In this document: positions 52,501 to 64,000 of the stretch, in pieces
Numbering within the stretch: position 1 is the stretch's first letter
Layout of the letters: every line of letters starts with the position of its first letter
Assembly: GCA_012026655.1 (NCBI GenBank)
Contig: JAAILG010000409.1
Span: 1-64,000, forward strand
Direction of reading: 5' to 3'
Source: Hydrolagus affinis
Lineage: Eukaryota
Length of the DNA stretch: 64,000 bases
The notes under the pieces: generated by a model
The model's database searches: none
What the model was told of the DNA's origin: nothing
What the model saw: only the letters and a program-made list of their open reading frames with translations
Translations under genes and position numbers: made by a program

Positions 52501-53136
52501 AAACAATCTTTTTGCGTCGCTTTTAATTAAATAGTGGCTTGGAGTCTGATAAATTCCTCCTGAAGCATGTGGCGATAAACGCACACTTTTTAAAAAAAAA
52601 TCTTTTTTAGTATTCAGCACTGGAAAGCGAATATATTAGTTGAATCTATTTGCTCTTCAGAATTCTGCTCACTCCTCTGAATGACACAATGATTCACAAG
52701 ATTACTGCAAAGGCCTAAAAAAGTCTTGCGCGCCTTAAATATTCATAAGATCTGCAGCAGCCTTAAAATGTGCCGGTCTGACAAGCTGTAAAAACAAATA
52801 CTTTTTTTTTTCCCGAAGAATCAATCATTTACAACACAAAAATGTTGAAAAAGCCAGAGATTAAACCAACAATTATAGCTTAAAATCAATCCTAAATATC
52901 AAAACAGCATTCAGTTTTACGAATCGCTTTTTTAGAATTAGGTCATGTATTGTATATGATGCATGGGAGAATTATATACCAACTATTTGCATTTTCTGTG
53001 TGTTAAATCAAAAAGTACAACATTATAATTATAATCCACCATTGTAACTGTGGAAGAATTATTGGGGTGTAGCAGTTTCACAGAGGCCCTTTTCGTTTAG
53101 TTTCAACCCAGTAACAATCTGAAACAGTGACTGTCC

Positions 53137-53197
53137 AGTGCCTTGGGACGTCCCCCTGATGTGAAAGGCGCTCTACAAGTGCAATTTTGTTGTTGTC
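53137..53197 (+). mobile_element. L2-type 3' hairpin tail with (TTG)n
   Basis: AGTGCCTTGGGACGTCCCCCTGATGTGAAAGGCGCTCTACAAGTGCAATTTTGTTGTTG. Confidence 0.8.
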
Positions 53198-53415
53198 TTT
53201 GTAGCCCTTCTTCTACCATGTTTTCATTGAATGCCGATCACAACTGTAACAGTAGATGCTGATGCCCGTCCGATGGCTCGGTGGATAAGTGCACCACAGA
53301 GTCAGAGAAAGGCAACGGTTCTGCCTTTATTATCTGCTCTGGGACGCTACCCCGCGTATTGGGCACTATACAAATACAAGTTGTTGTTGTTGTTGCCGCT
53401 CAATTAGTGTGTCTA

Positions 53416-54050
53416 GGTGCTCCTAGAGCTCAGTGGTTACAGCACTCGCCTCACAAGCGGGAGACCTGTGTTCGAATCCAGGCAGATCAGGGCGAAACCT
53501 TGGGCAAGTTTCCTTACTCCACACACATGCCTAATAATAATCCATCCCCAAAAAAGACACAATAATAAAATTGGTCATTTTCAATCCACGACTGTTTGTG
53601 GGATCCTAACCTGACCCTACGTATTTGGCAGCAAATCCCCTCGTGGCAGGATTGGGAACCAGTCTAGCAACACAGAAGTGACGACGCAGGAGAGTGGCGC
53701 GAAGTTTAAAAACTTTTCTTGGGGATTTTGTGCTTTCGTTCCCTGTTTGGAACTGTTTGTTCCCTGATTGGCCGGAGTGGTCGCGTTAGGATCAGGAAAA
53801 TGTTGTTTGGGAACCATCAAATCAGTGGTCGCGGTCCGGGAACCGGGGCGGTCGCGTCAGTGAGGTTTATTTAACTGGAAATGAGTAAGGAAATATTCGG
53901 GACCGACTCTGACTGGTCACTAGGCAGGATGGTCGTGCCACTGAGGTGATCACCAACCGAGGTTCCACTGTATATTCTGTGAAGCGCTTTAGGACGTCGA
54001 TAAGATGTGAAAAGCACTATAATCATATGCAAAAGGATTATTATTATGAT
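53416..54050 (+). mobile_element. SINE family A split by a MITE plus a deletion
   Basis: Head and body at 53416-53603; tail resumes as TATATTCTGTGAAGCGCTTT at 53971; about 65 bp of SINE missing. Confidence 0.88.
53604..53970. mobile_element. Tc1/mariner (pogo-type) MITE, left arm deleted
   Basis: Right end ...ACCGAGGTTCCACTG followed by TA (TIR CAGTGGAACCTCGG). Repeated GGTCGCG/TGGTCG subterminal motifs; CpG-rich. The left remnant GATCCTAACCTGACC mirrors internal GGTCGCGTTAGGATC. Confidence 0.8.
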
Positions 54051-54059
54051 AGTTTACAG

Positions 54060-54260
54060 ACTGTCCTGTGTACTGAGCTGGGTAGAAAGTGAAAAGACTA
54101 TTTTTGTTTGCAATCCCCACCTCTGACTGTTGTTGATGATGACAGGTATGATGCAGACGTCAAGCCAGGGTGGAATCAGACTCCCGTGAATGGAGAGGAG
54201 GCAATAGTTGAGCTCTTACTGACTCGCGTCTCGCTTAAAGAATAGCCGCTTGAGCGAGGG
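54060..54260 (+). mobile_element. Ancient SINE family B, 3' portion (tentative)
   Basis: Weak collinearity with 8050-8240 and 11650-11852 (GACGTCAAGCCAGGG..GAATCAGACTC...AATAG). Confidence 0.3.
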
Positions 54261-55429
54261 CTGTCAGGTAAACATCTTCAAGCAAATCCTCTTTCCCACT
54301 CGTCGGAATGAAATGCATGTCTCTTCTCGAGTTATCGAGGAAGATACCAAGGCCATAAATAGAGCAAAACCCAGCGCTTATGGCTGTGAGTGCAAGATTG
54401 TCTTCCTGTTTTCAGTAGTGTGGGCCCCAAAGTATCCATCCTCTCCGGCACAGTTACACAACCCTGCAACTTGAAGGTGTTCAGCAGTTCCAATCTAGCG
54501 CTTGTGCTGCTAAACAACGTGTCAATTGTGTTACACAGTGTGATTGGAAAAAAAATGCTTGCCTATCAATTTTGCATTTTTGTTGCTCAGAAATTCTTAG
54601 AAAGTGCAACTAACAGTTAAACTGCAACGCTCCAGGCTGCAAGATTTCCTGCTTTAGGCACGTGGTACCTCCAGGCTTCTAAACACTCGAATGTTATTTA
54701 TCTTTAATATTAAATTGAACTCTCCTCTGATCCGAGCATGCCATCCTTCACCCTTTATGTACACTTTATATTCAAGAGACATGATGGCGGAGAAGTGGCA
54801 AAGGGATGTCACAATCATACCCTTAACAGATGCTGTTATTGCTGTTATGTCTCCCATATGGTGACTTGTGCTTAATGTGTGAGTAATGCTTGCTGTAGTT
54901 TTATGTTTACCTAAGCGCACTCATACATTCCGTTAAACAAACAACAGGGGACTACCATTCCTATGTTCATTAAAAACCCAGGCTTTGTTCCCACTGGAGC
55001 TATCTCAGAGGGCAGATGAAAGCTGTCACAGTATTACAGGCACAAGTTAGATTGTCCCTGAACCCACACAAGACACCATTGTATGGTTCAGTGAAATCTA
55101 GAATTCTATTTGCTTTGAGCTCCTTGCCTTTTTGTCAGTTGTAAAGGCTTCAATCTCAGACAACTTGGCTAGCTGGCTGGCGACTAGTTTAGACTGGGCA
55201 GGTTTCATTCCCAGCATGGTTATGATTAGGGCTTTCGCAAGCCTCAAAATTCAACCAAGGCTTAGCCTGCAATTTGTGATTTACAATTTGAGATGGGCAC
55301 AGTAAAGGGGAACATTCTTCAAATCTGCCTAAATTTGGAATGTGCAGAACTGCAGAAAGCCAACTTACAAACAGAGACTGAATTTAAGAATCTTTCACAA
55401 GTCCTTGCATTCATAAATTCCAAGACAAA

Positions 55430-55560
55430 ATAGTCTATCATTAGACAAAATAGAGCAGGACAATGGCATTAAAAGATCTGACCAGATCTAATAAACAGGT
55501 GGAGCTGTCTCGATAGGCTGAATGGTCTCCCCTCTGTTCCTTGTTTTTTCTATGTACCTA
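55430..55560 (+). mobile_element. CR1 3' end relic
   Basis: GGAGCTGTCTCGATAGGCTGAATGGTCTCCCCTCTGTTCCT...CTATGT. Confidence 0.6.
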
Positions 55561-56639
55561 AAGTCCCAGAACATACAGAACACAAATGTAAAAATAAAAG
55601 CTCCAAGGTCCCTGGGTTAGCGATAATTCCTGGATTCAACATGTGAGTGACTGTGTATAATTGCACACAGGGGCTTTTTCAATGATGTTACTTGTTTGAT
55701 GTGTACAGGGCTTGGATAGATGCTGAAATCCTTCGTGGGAGGATTCCCAACAGAGAAATGATTGAAGCTGGAGACAAAGAGACAAACGCTGATCTGCGCC
55801 TAGAGAAGGCACTCCAGGCATAGCAGTTGTTGGGAGGATTATGATGGGTTTTTTTTAGAGAGAGCATGCAGCCAGAAAGCTTTGCTTGCAGTGAAACAGC
55901 TTGTCAATACAAGCAATGTGCTGTTGGTTTTAATAGGAAGTGGCTGTGTAAGTCTTGTCTATTAGTGAGATAAACAGTCACGTGTTCAGTGCTTTACCGG
56001 TCCCACAACAGGGTAATTTTAGTCCGCAGTAGTAGCTATTGACTCAAAACACTGATGTTTGAAACAGCAATAAATATTCTGTTAATGTTAATGCTGGTGT
56101 ATTAAATGCAGCAAGCATATTTCTCATGTAGGCATGCATGGATCTGCACATTTTTGTTGTGTCTTTAAAAAAAAACAACAATTTATTATTGTGTATATAT
56201 AATTTTCCTCAAAGGATGATTTGTCTAAGTGATGAACAGACACAATGGCAAAATCAACTAGATTTACTATACTGTATTGACAATGGCATCTTGTTTCAAT
56301 GGCTTCTAAAATATAACCAATCAGGTAATGGATGAGAGAAATGTTTCACGAGTTTTATGCACAATTGGTTATGAATCAAAACTTTAAATGACTATTACGG
56401 TCTTGGTCGAACCTTGAGGGATGCGATTCTGGTGCTCGGCCCAACATTAATGAGAACAATTATGTGACCAGCAGTTTTTATTTTCTTGTAAAATAAATTA
56501 CTCGGAGCAGCACATTATATCATTACAGAGGGCAACCCTGAGCTAACATGGTAGTCTGGGGCCAATAACATTCCCAGCAAAGTGAGACAAAATGGCCTAC
56601 TTTCAGATTGTCAGGCGCCTACTTCCTGGGTCTTCACTT

Positions 56640-56939
56640 ATAATAATAATCCTTGCATTTTGATATAGTGCTTTTCACGTCTTCTAGACGTCTCGAAGCG
56701 CTTCACAGAATGTGAAAAGTGAATTGACTGTATATTTGTGGGCGATGCGCACGATCGCCCACAAACAGCCGTGGATTGAAAATGACCAATTTTATTATTA
56801 TGATTCTTTTTTGGAGGGATTATTATTAGGCATGTGGAGTAAGGAAACTTGCGCAAGGTTTCACCTCGACCTGCCTGGATTCGAACACAGGTCTCACACT
56901 TGTAAGGCGAGTGCTCTAACCAATGAGGTACAGGACTCC
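56640..56939 (-). mobile_element. SINE family A, full length
   Basis: GGAGTCCTGT head, GTTCGAATCC B box, small internal deletions, (TTA)n tail. Confidence 0.93.
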
Positions 56940-58537
56940 ACTTCCTCACATGAGTGTGCTACAGACAGTAAGCACTGTATATGTTACTTCATGACCCCTA
57001 TGCAGACAGCTACACACAAAAAGTATCATTAATGTCTCTTTCATTCATGAAAACCTAATGCCGTGATTGTCTTCAAATACACAGTCACCACACTTCACAG
57101 TTAAAATCTTCCGAAGCACTTGCAAAGCAAGTCTCAACGATATAAGGTACTATAACAAATGTGAGGATTATTATAGTCAACACCACAAGCCAGTTGTATA
57201 ACATTCTTAACATTACATCCCACCATTCTATCTAGAAAACTATTGCTGGGATGACACACGAAAGCTTGACTGATGCAACTAAGAGGAGGGTTTAGTGTAG
57301 ACTTGGACCAGGTCACCTTTAGGTTTGACCTTGTGTTTTTCCCTTTACCCTGTGTCCCTTCTTTGCTGTGTTTAAATTGAGTGACAATAAAGGCTGTCAC
57401 CGGCACCTGTGTTATCAGATGTTGAAACTGGGAGCATTATAACGGAGCTGATTTGTACCCACAACCTCAATTACCTCCACAAATCTACAGCGTTTCCGGT
57501 CTTGAATTTCTTCAACTATAATTTCAAGCCAGCGACAAGATGCCACTCAAACCAATCAATTTGTTTCTCATAGCCACAAGGCTTTGATGTGAAAGGGCAA
57601 TCAGACAGCGCCTAATTATCATCAATATGTATTCGCTGATGCGATTGTCCAGGTGACACACCAGCACCTTTTACAGTCAAACAAGTTATCCTTCAGTTGG
57701 CCTGACAGTGAGACAATGCTTCACAGTTATGGTGTTCACCTCTGCAAACTCTTGCCGTGTAAAACCTCATGCATCAGCCCATAATTTTGAAAAGCTTGAC
57801 AATCGATTACCCGATCTACTATTTCTCACGCATCATTAACCGCAGGCAAACTGAGACTCTCCTTGCCATTGAAACCGATCTAAAGGGAGTCGTTTCGCTG
57901 GATTAAATTTGCACCTACAGAGAGTTACATCCTTTTTTTTGCCATTGACTACGAAGATAATACGAGGACAGCTGAACTTTGAACTAAATAAGAAATCCAA
58001 TTTCACACTTTCTGGAGGAATTTAACAGACTCTGCATCCCGGCTACTCAGAAAGTGGCTCAAGTTACTTTGGATTTTATATTTGTCATTGGTGATTTTCA
58101 CAAACTTTTTTTTATTGAGGGTTGCAGTTCTATGCAATGTCTTGCTTGAGGGCTACTCTCTCAACGCTTCAAAACCCACACCGGCCATGAGCGCAATCAT
58201 TCCGACTTTGCTCTTTGCCGAAACAGCAAACAGATTACTGTGTGGGGCATTTTCATCAAGAGCAAGATGTTCACGACGGACAAAGGGCAACAAGAGAAGT
58301 CGCCACTTGGAATTTACGCGCACCTAATGCTTCACAACTTCATAAACTAAGTTGATTTTGCTGTGTCTTGCAATCAGTCACTACAATCCTAAAATCAAGT
58401 GTACAAAAAGCCAACCAAACGAAGGACAGTAATAACACAGAGAATGGTAGACCATTGGTCGCCAGCATTTACCCATCCAATTTCGCTCTGAAAATTGCTT
58501 TGATGTACATTATCTTTGTGTAATTCGAAGCGCAATT

Positions 58538-58602
58538 AATCTTTTTATTTGACAGGAAGTTATTTAGCTCCGTCTTGAAGTTGTTCATAGATCCTCCATT
58601 CA
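58538..58602 (-). mobile_element. CR1 ORF2 C-terminal scrap
   Basis: GSMNNFKTELNNFLSNKKI resembles CR1 'S...FKxELDxFL'. Confidence 0.55.
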
Positions 58603-58811
58603 ATGTTAAGTTGATTCCAGTTGGCTTTCTGTAAACCAGCCGTGAATCATGAGTCGCAGGTTCAAAGGGGCTTTGGGACCAAACATTTTCAGGAAGTTGG
58701 GGGGAACCTGTGCTCAACCATGGCCTGGGATCATCGACACAGTCACAGAGAGTGAGAGTCGATGGGGGAAAGATGTCAGGAAACACAGTCAAAGAGTAAA
58801 ATCTTGAGGTC

Positions 58812-58873
58812 GACCTTGGGATGTCCTCCCAACGTGAAAGGAGCTCCATAAATGTAATTTTGTTGTTGTTGTT
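58812..58873 (+). mobile_element. L2-type 3' hairpin tail with (TTG)n
   Basis: CCTTGGGATGTCCTCCCAACGTGAAAGGAGCTCCATAAATGTAATTTTG(TTG)4. Confidence 0.75.
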
Positions 58874-60559
58874 GAAGGGTGAATTTGTCCACTGGTGTGA
58901 CCTTCAGTTTTCCTGTTCCTTTTGCTAAAGTTAGCAAAAACAGTCGTTTTGTCAGGTTCTACATACATTGATATCATCACATTTCAGCCCGATGACTGAA
59001 GGAATTATTTGAATTCGAGCAAATGTGCTTCTTTATGCAATTTCTGTGAGACTCAGCAGGATTTTTAAAAAATGCCTTACTCACCAAAGTATAATTTATA
59101 GTTAGCCTGTTAATACCATGTGAATTAACTTAGCAAGATATAGCCAAGTGAACCAAGGAAGGAAATCTGTGTTCAGATCATGAAAGCATTGATGTATTAT
59201 ACCCAGCTCAACTTTAAGCAGAGAGTTTTGCAGAGCTCTTTGAAGCCGTAATGTTAGCACTTTAGCAACTGGAGGCATTAACTTTCAAGAGTGCATTCGT
59301 CACCAAGATTGCTTAAAACCTGTGTTTTCACAAAATAAACAAGGATTACCTTTGATCTTTCACTCAAGCGGAAGGGCTAGAATTAATTGAGCCACGTTCA
59401 CTTCGCATAACATTCACAGCCTTGTAAAATAATGGTTTTGATCAATAGAATAGGAGTAGAGATTAAAAGGTGGGTTTAAAATTGCGATTTTTTTGGCTGA
59501 AAAATGAATTACGGGTGATTCTAAGAGTTTGTTTGGTTTGTAAAAAGTGCACTGTAACATGGTTGATTTGCCATATCCAAATTCTGATGACATGAAAGGA
59601 TCCCATAGAGAAGGCCATTTGATCTCGTCCCTTCAGAATACCAGCACTCCCATCCTCCCAGTAGAGCATCAAGCTGTTTATTCAATGACTTCATTCAATG
59701 GCCTCAAATATCCTTCCTGGTTAATTCCACGTTCTTAGTGTTAATTAACTTAATGAATAAAAAAAAACTTCCTGGTATCTGTACTAAAATTGCCTTTGAA
59801 GCCTTCATACTGTGTTGTCTGTTACCCCCTCCGCTCAGCAGACTCTGGCCTGCTCCATGTCCCCCATATTTGTTGTTGTTGTTGCCTTGAGTAGCTGAAG
59901 GTATTCTACTGGGTTTTCTTTCTCAATCACTTTTAAAATTTTACATTTCTCTTGAAGTGCCCCTCTTTTCATGACTGAAGAGCTTGCCTCGGTTTATCTA
60001 ACCCAGGGTAGACTGATACAGAAGGGCAAAGATAGGAGTTTTCGTGTGGTTAAGATTGCTGTCCCATCTAAGGGAGGGCAGGTGGTCAGTATACAACAGC
60101 CCCCAGCAAATTAAACCAAATACTGTACTGTAAAAAGCTTGAATCTTTCTTGCATATTTTAACACACCACAGCGTTTGGCCATTGTGAAATGCAAGGATT
60201 ATTATTAATAAAAAGAAGATTCCTTTGTAAAATCCAATCCCTTCACTTTTGGATTCTCTGCCATTTGTCTTCTCTTCACATATATTCATTATAAGCTATT
60301 TACTCTGGCATAATTGAACATTGAGGCAGATGGCTTTTAGAAGCTCAGTGATTTCAAATTCATGATTCCTCATTCTCCGAAAAAGCCAGACATGAAATAC
60401 TGCCGCGTATAGCATTAAACCAGTTGCCGTTATTACGCATCGTTAGGAGTTAATGCCCCTCTCTACCTACTCTATGGCATCTCTAGAGTTTGCAAATCTT
60501 AGTCTGCTGCATGGCTCTGAATCAAATCAGATATAAAATGCTTTAGAATCTAGACAGGT

Positions 60560-60780
60560 TGAATATTAATGACGATTTGGGCACATTTTTACATAATAAG
60601 AGAGTAACTCCTTAGGAATAAAGGAGGGTGGAAGGCAAAGGGACTCTAGGATTGAGTCCCAGAGGGTGGGGTGGGCAGAGAGGGGTACACGTAGCCATTG
60701 CCTGCCAAGTGGAGGGAGCGGGCAGGTAGGTAAGGTGTTAGCAGGGCACAGAGGGAGGGAGGGGCAAGACCGTGAAGGTA
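60560..60780 (-). mobile_element. Probable L2 relic (purine-rich on + strand)
   Basis: Minus-strand peptide PTLWDSILESL resembles L2 'APxLWNSLP'. Confidence 0.4.
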
Positions 60781-62202
60781 CTTTACAAGTAATTTGTTTT
60801 GTAAAAAAAAAACTTTGCCTCATGTTTTCAGTTGCCGCCTATGATTCTTTTAACTTGAAAGTTTTGCGCTGTCCTCTCCTTTTCCGCATCTCCTTCACAG
60901 TTAGTTTGACTTCCTGCTCCATCAACCTTGCAGCCTCTTTGCTGAAGCTAACACTCTCCACAATAGCAAGCTGTTGGCTCAATGATGCGATAACATTAAG
61001 TGCTCAGAATCCTATTTCTGAATAATTTAGCTGGTTGAAACAATCATGGTAAATGTGTTTGGTTTGGTAACGAGTTACTATTGCATGCCTGCAGAGAATA
61101 TCGCTCTTGTAGTTTAGTTGTAACTCTGTGATTCATTAGAATTACAAGCAAAAGAGTCCTTTGTTTATAAAATGAATACAAATTGGAGGGTTGAGACGAA
61201 AAGGTGGATTGACAAACCTCTGGAAGTTGAGTTTGATCTGACATATAGCAAAGGATCTTGTATTGTTATATGTAACTGCTCTACTTTGCATAGTCTCAAC
61301 CCCCTTTTCTGTTGGTTACGTAACCCAAGGTTGTGTGTGTGCATGTGTGAGAGTAATTTTTTTTTCAAGTTGACTGTTGTGGGAAGTTAAATAAAAATTA
61401 TTAATATTATTATCATAAAGTATAATTTGAGAAATATATGAACCCAGAGAATCTCCCTGTGATTTGACATTTTGATTTTGAATGAAACGGCAATATTTAT
61501 CTCAGATATGTTATTGCTTCAGTTTATTACCAAGAAACACTTTCCCACCTATTTAATTCCATATTGGGGTGTAAGCATTGTACATATGTATATTCACCAT
61601 ATAATATTATATCATCTTTATTGGAAAAGCATCCACTGTTTTCCCGCACTTCTAATTGAATCATATTTCTCTCAAAATTCACTGGTGTTGTTTCCCTCAA
61701 CTCGTGCAGCAACCAATGACAAATGCATAATTTAAAAAAAAATATGAATCTATTTGTACCACGTTCTGACTTCCAAAGTACCATTATAAAGAGATAAAAG
61801 GCAGAGAGATTTTCAACCCTCACAGTTTATTTTTTATATTTTTATTAAACTAAACTCGTTGGAAGGTAGGTGGCGGTTGACAATAATTGTGAAATATTGT
61901 GCCTATTGGATTTTATCAACAGGCAAAGAATGAGCAATATTCAGGGACTTGTGTTTGCTACTGATAAACAGATCAGCATGGAATATAAAACTACCTACTC
62001 ATTTAGATTAAACTGCCTTCACTGTTGTTCATCAGGGCTGCAATCGTACACACATTTGTTTTAATGACAGGCATTCATCCAGCTACCATTTAAACATTAA
62101 ATAGTAAAGGGAAACCAAATGTTGCATTCTGAATTCACAGTCATCAGCCATGTTGCAACACAAAATACTGAGCAAGCAGCCCAGTTTGGAAGAATAGCTA
62201 AG

Positions 62203-62365
62203 AATAATAATCTAATAATCCTTGCATTTGATGAAGTGCCTTATCACGTCTTTGAGATGTCTCAAAGTGCTTCACAGAATACACTGCAAAATGAATTGAC
62301 TACGTATTTTGTGGGGTGCAATACAACAGCCAATTGCGCACAGCGGTGTCCCACAAACAGTGGTG
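62203..62365 (-). mobile_element. SINE family A 3' half
   Basis: AATAATCCTTGCATTTGATG...CAATTGCGCACAGCGGTGTCCCACAAACAGTGGTGGA. Confidence 0.88.
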
Positions 62366-64000
62366 GAAGCCTTGACAGGGGCTTTGCTCTTGGCATATTG
62401 GTAACCCTTTGCCAGTAGATTAGGGACATGTTGTTAGAAAATGTCTCTGCATTCAGTTCCAGCACGTGCAATATTGTTCAGATTGCTGTTTCTTTATTGC
62501 CTCAATGTGGAGGAGGGAGCAAAACTGTTTAAAACTTAATATCATTTTGTAGCTCTTGATTTGTTTGTCCCGGAAACATGCCACATAGATAAATATTATG
62601 CTTCTATTTGTACACCTGTATATAATCTTTTTATTGAAATGAAATATGGATGGATACAGACACATTATTGTATATGGTAAATTTCACAGCAGTTGGGAGT
62701 GATTGACTCTTCGAAGGCAATACTGTCATGTTTGATGAAATGGAAAAACACAGCGAGAATCAAATTGAATTCAATGTCAAATTCCTGCATTATTAACATT
62801 GCAGTTTTAGGTGTTGGACGAGATGGAAGGCTGACTGCAAGCCTACAAAACTGTCTGGGATTCAGCAGCTAAACTGTAATGAATTCTTTTTCCGTTTGGT
62901 CGGTCTGTGTCTCACATACACCATGTTTATAAGTTTCCCAAATCAGGTTGAGCGTTCCTCTAGTCTACCTCTTTGGGTTCTGTCGATGAGCCAGAATGTC
63001 GAAGTCCTGCAGACCCACCCGGCTCATTATCCAGATTACCGAGACCGCCACAGAGAATCGATTTGATTCTGATATTCTGTTGCCAGATCGGTCTTGATTA
63101 AGTTGATAATTAAGTAATTAAGAGTCAGTTGCTGCAGAGAATGATTAAATATTATCCGTCAGGAAACACTGGTTTCTATTGATCGATAAGCTATGTTCTA
63201 CTGCTCCTTAGGAGATAAATCATTAGTGTTCGGATTTTCACCACCTTTAGCTAGTAAGTTCACTGTAGCGGAAATATTAGTTTCTTCAACTGGAGTGCAA
63301 TTAAATTCTGACATCAGATTTCAAAATTCTTTCCAGTTCATAATCTCAAAAGTTAAATAACGACACAAATTGAAGTCAGATCCGGATTGAATGGCAATTC
63401 TGTTATGTGTGTACAGTTCATGGCAAACTTTTTCTGCCCTTCAGTAAAAGGTTGTTACCATAGCAAACTCAAATTAATTAATGTTAAACAAGACCCTTCG
63501 TGTCCATCATTGTTTAAAATTTAATTTTGATTCCCTCAGCCCTTCTAAGCACACGTTCGGTCTGATTAATACCTTGGGGTGTAGGAAACAAACAGCCCAA
63601 GTTGTTCTTAACTTAAAAGTGGAAAAATTATGGAGCACATTGCCAGTTTTATGAAAATTCATTGACTAAATTTCCAGAAGCTCTGAGCAACTGAACCGTC
63701 CAGAAACTCGTGTAATGAATGATCTGGACAATCAGTGAATCTGCAAATGCAGCAGATGCTACAGTGCTGGAAATCTCAGCCAACAAATAATTCCTCAATT
63801 CCTGCAAAGCCTCTCTTCTTTCCTGAGTGGGAAATCAATACTTTTCATGGAGCTGAACTGCCTTCCAAGGGGACGTTATCGCAGGTGTTACTGACTCATG
63901 AAATTGTCCCATGAAACACCCTTACCTCATTATAGAAGGACTGGATGAGCCTTGGCAATTTCCCTCATTCCTTTGATGAGTATATTGACGTCTTCCTATT

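Noticed and set aside
1-64000. CRISPR array or prokaryotic defence/operon system
   Set aside because: The recurrent 30-60 nt motifs are dispersed on both strands at irregular kilobase spacing and belong to SINE or LINE tails. There are no gene-dense regions or cas-like ORFs.

Overview
This is AT-rich, repeat-laden eukaryotic DNA, not prokaryotic. Its repeat content points to a cartilaginous fish, most likely a chimaera or elephant-shark-type genome; this is inferred from the repeats, not proven. The repeats include a tRNA-headed SINE with an L2-type (TTA)n tail, older Deu-domain SINEs and CR1 3' ends. No intact protein-coding gene, rRNA, true tRNA or CRISPR array is supported. The short ORFs are chance ORFs, SINE read-throughs or decayed LINE pieces. 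The window holds about 23 copies or fragments of one dominant SINE (family A), older DeuSINE-type copies, an ancient second SINE family (B), CR1/L2/L1 relics, a roughly 3.5 kb heavily decayed RTE-like LINE, two Tc1/mariner (pogo/Tigger-type) MITEs, and several repeat-free blocks that look like conserved non-coding enhancers. The two most striking patterns are: (1) one TA in the SINE-A tail is associated with two different MITEs and with two excision-footprint-like insertions, in four separate copies; (2) many 55-65 nt retro-inserts consist of little more than the L2-recognition hairpin plus (TTG)n, with compensatory base pairs between tail families. Boundaries of decayed elements are approximate and no database search was possible.
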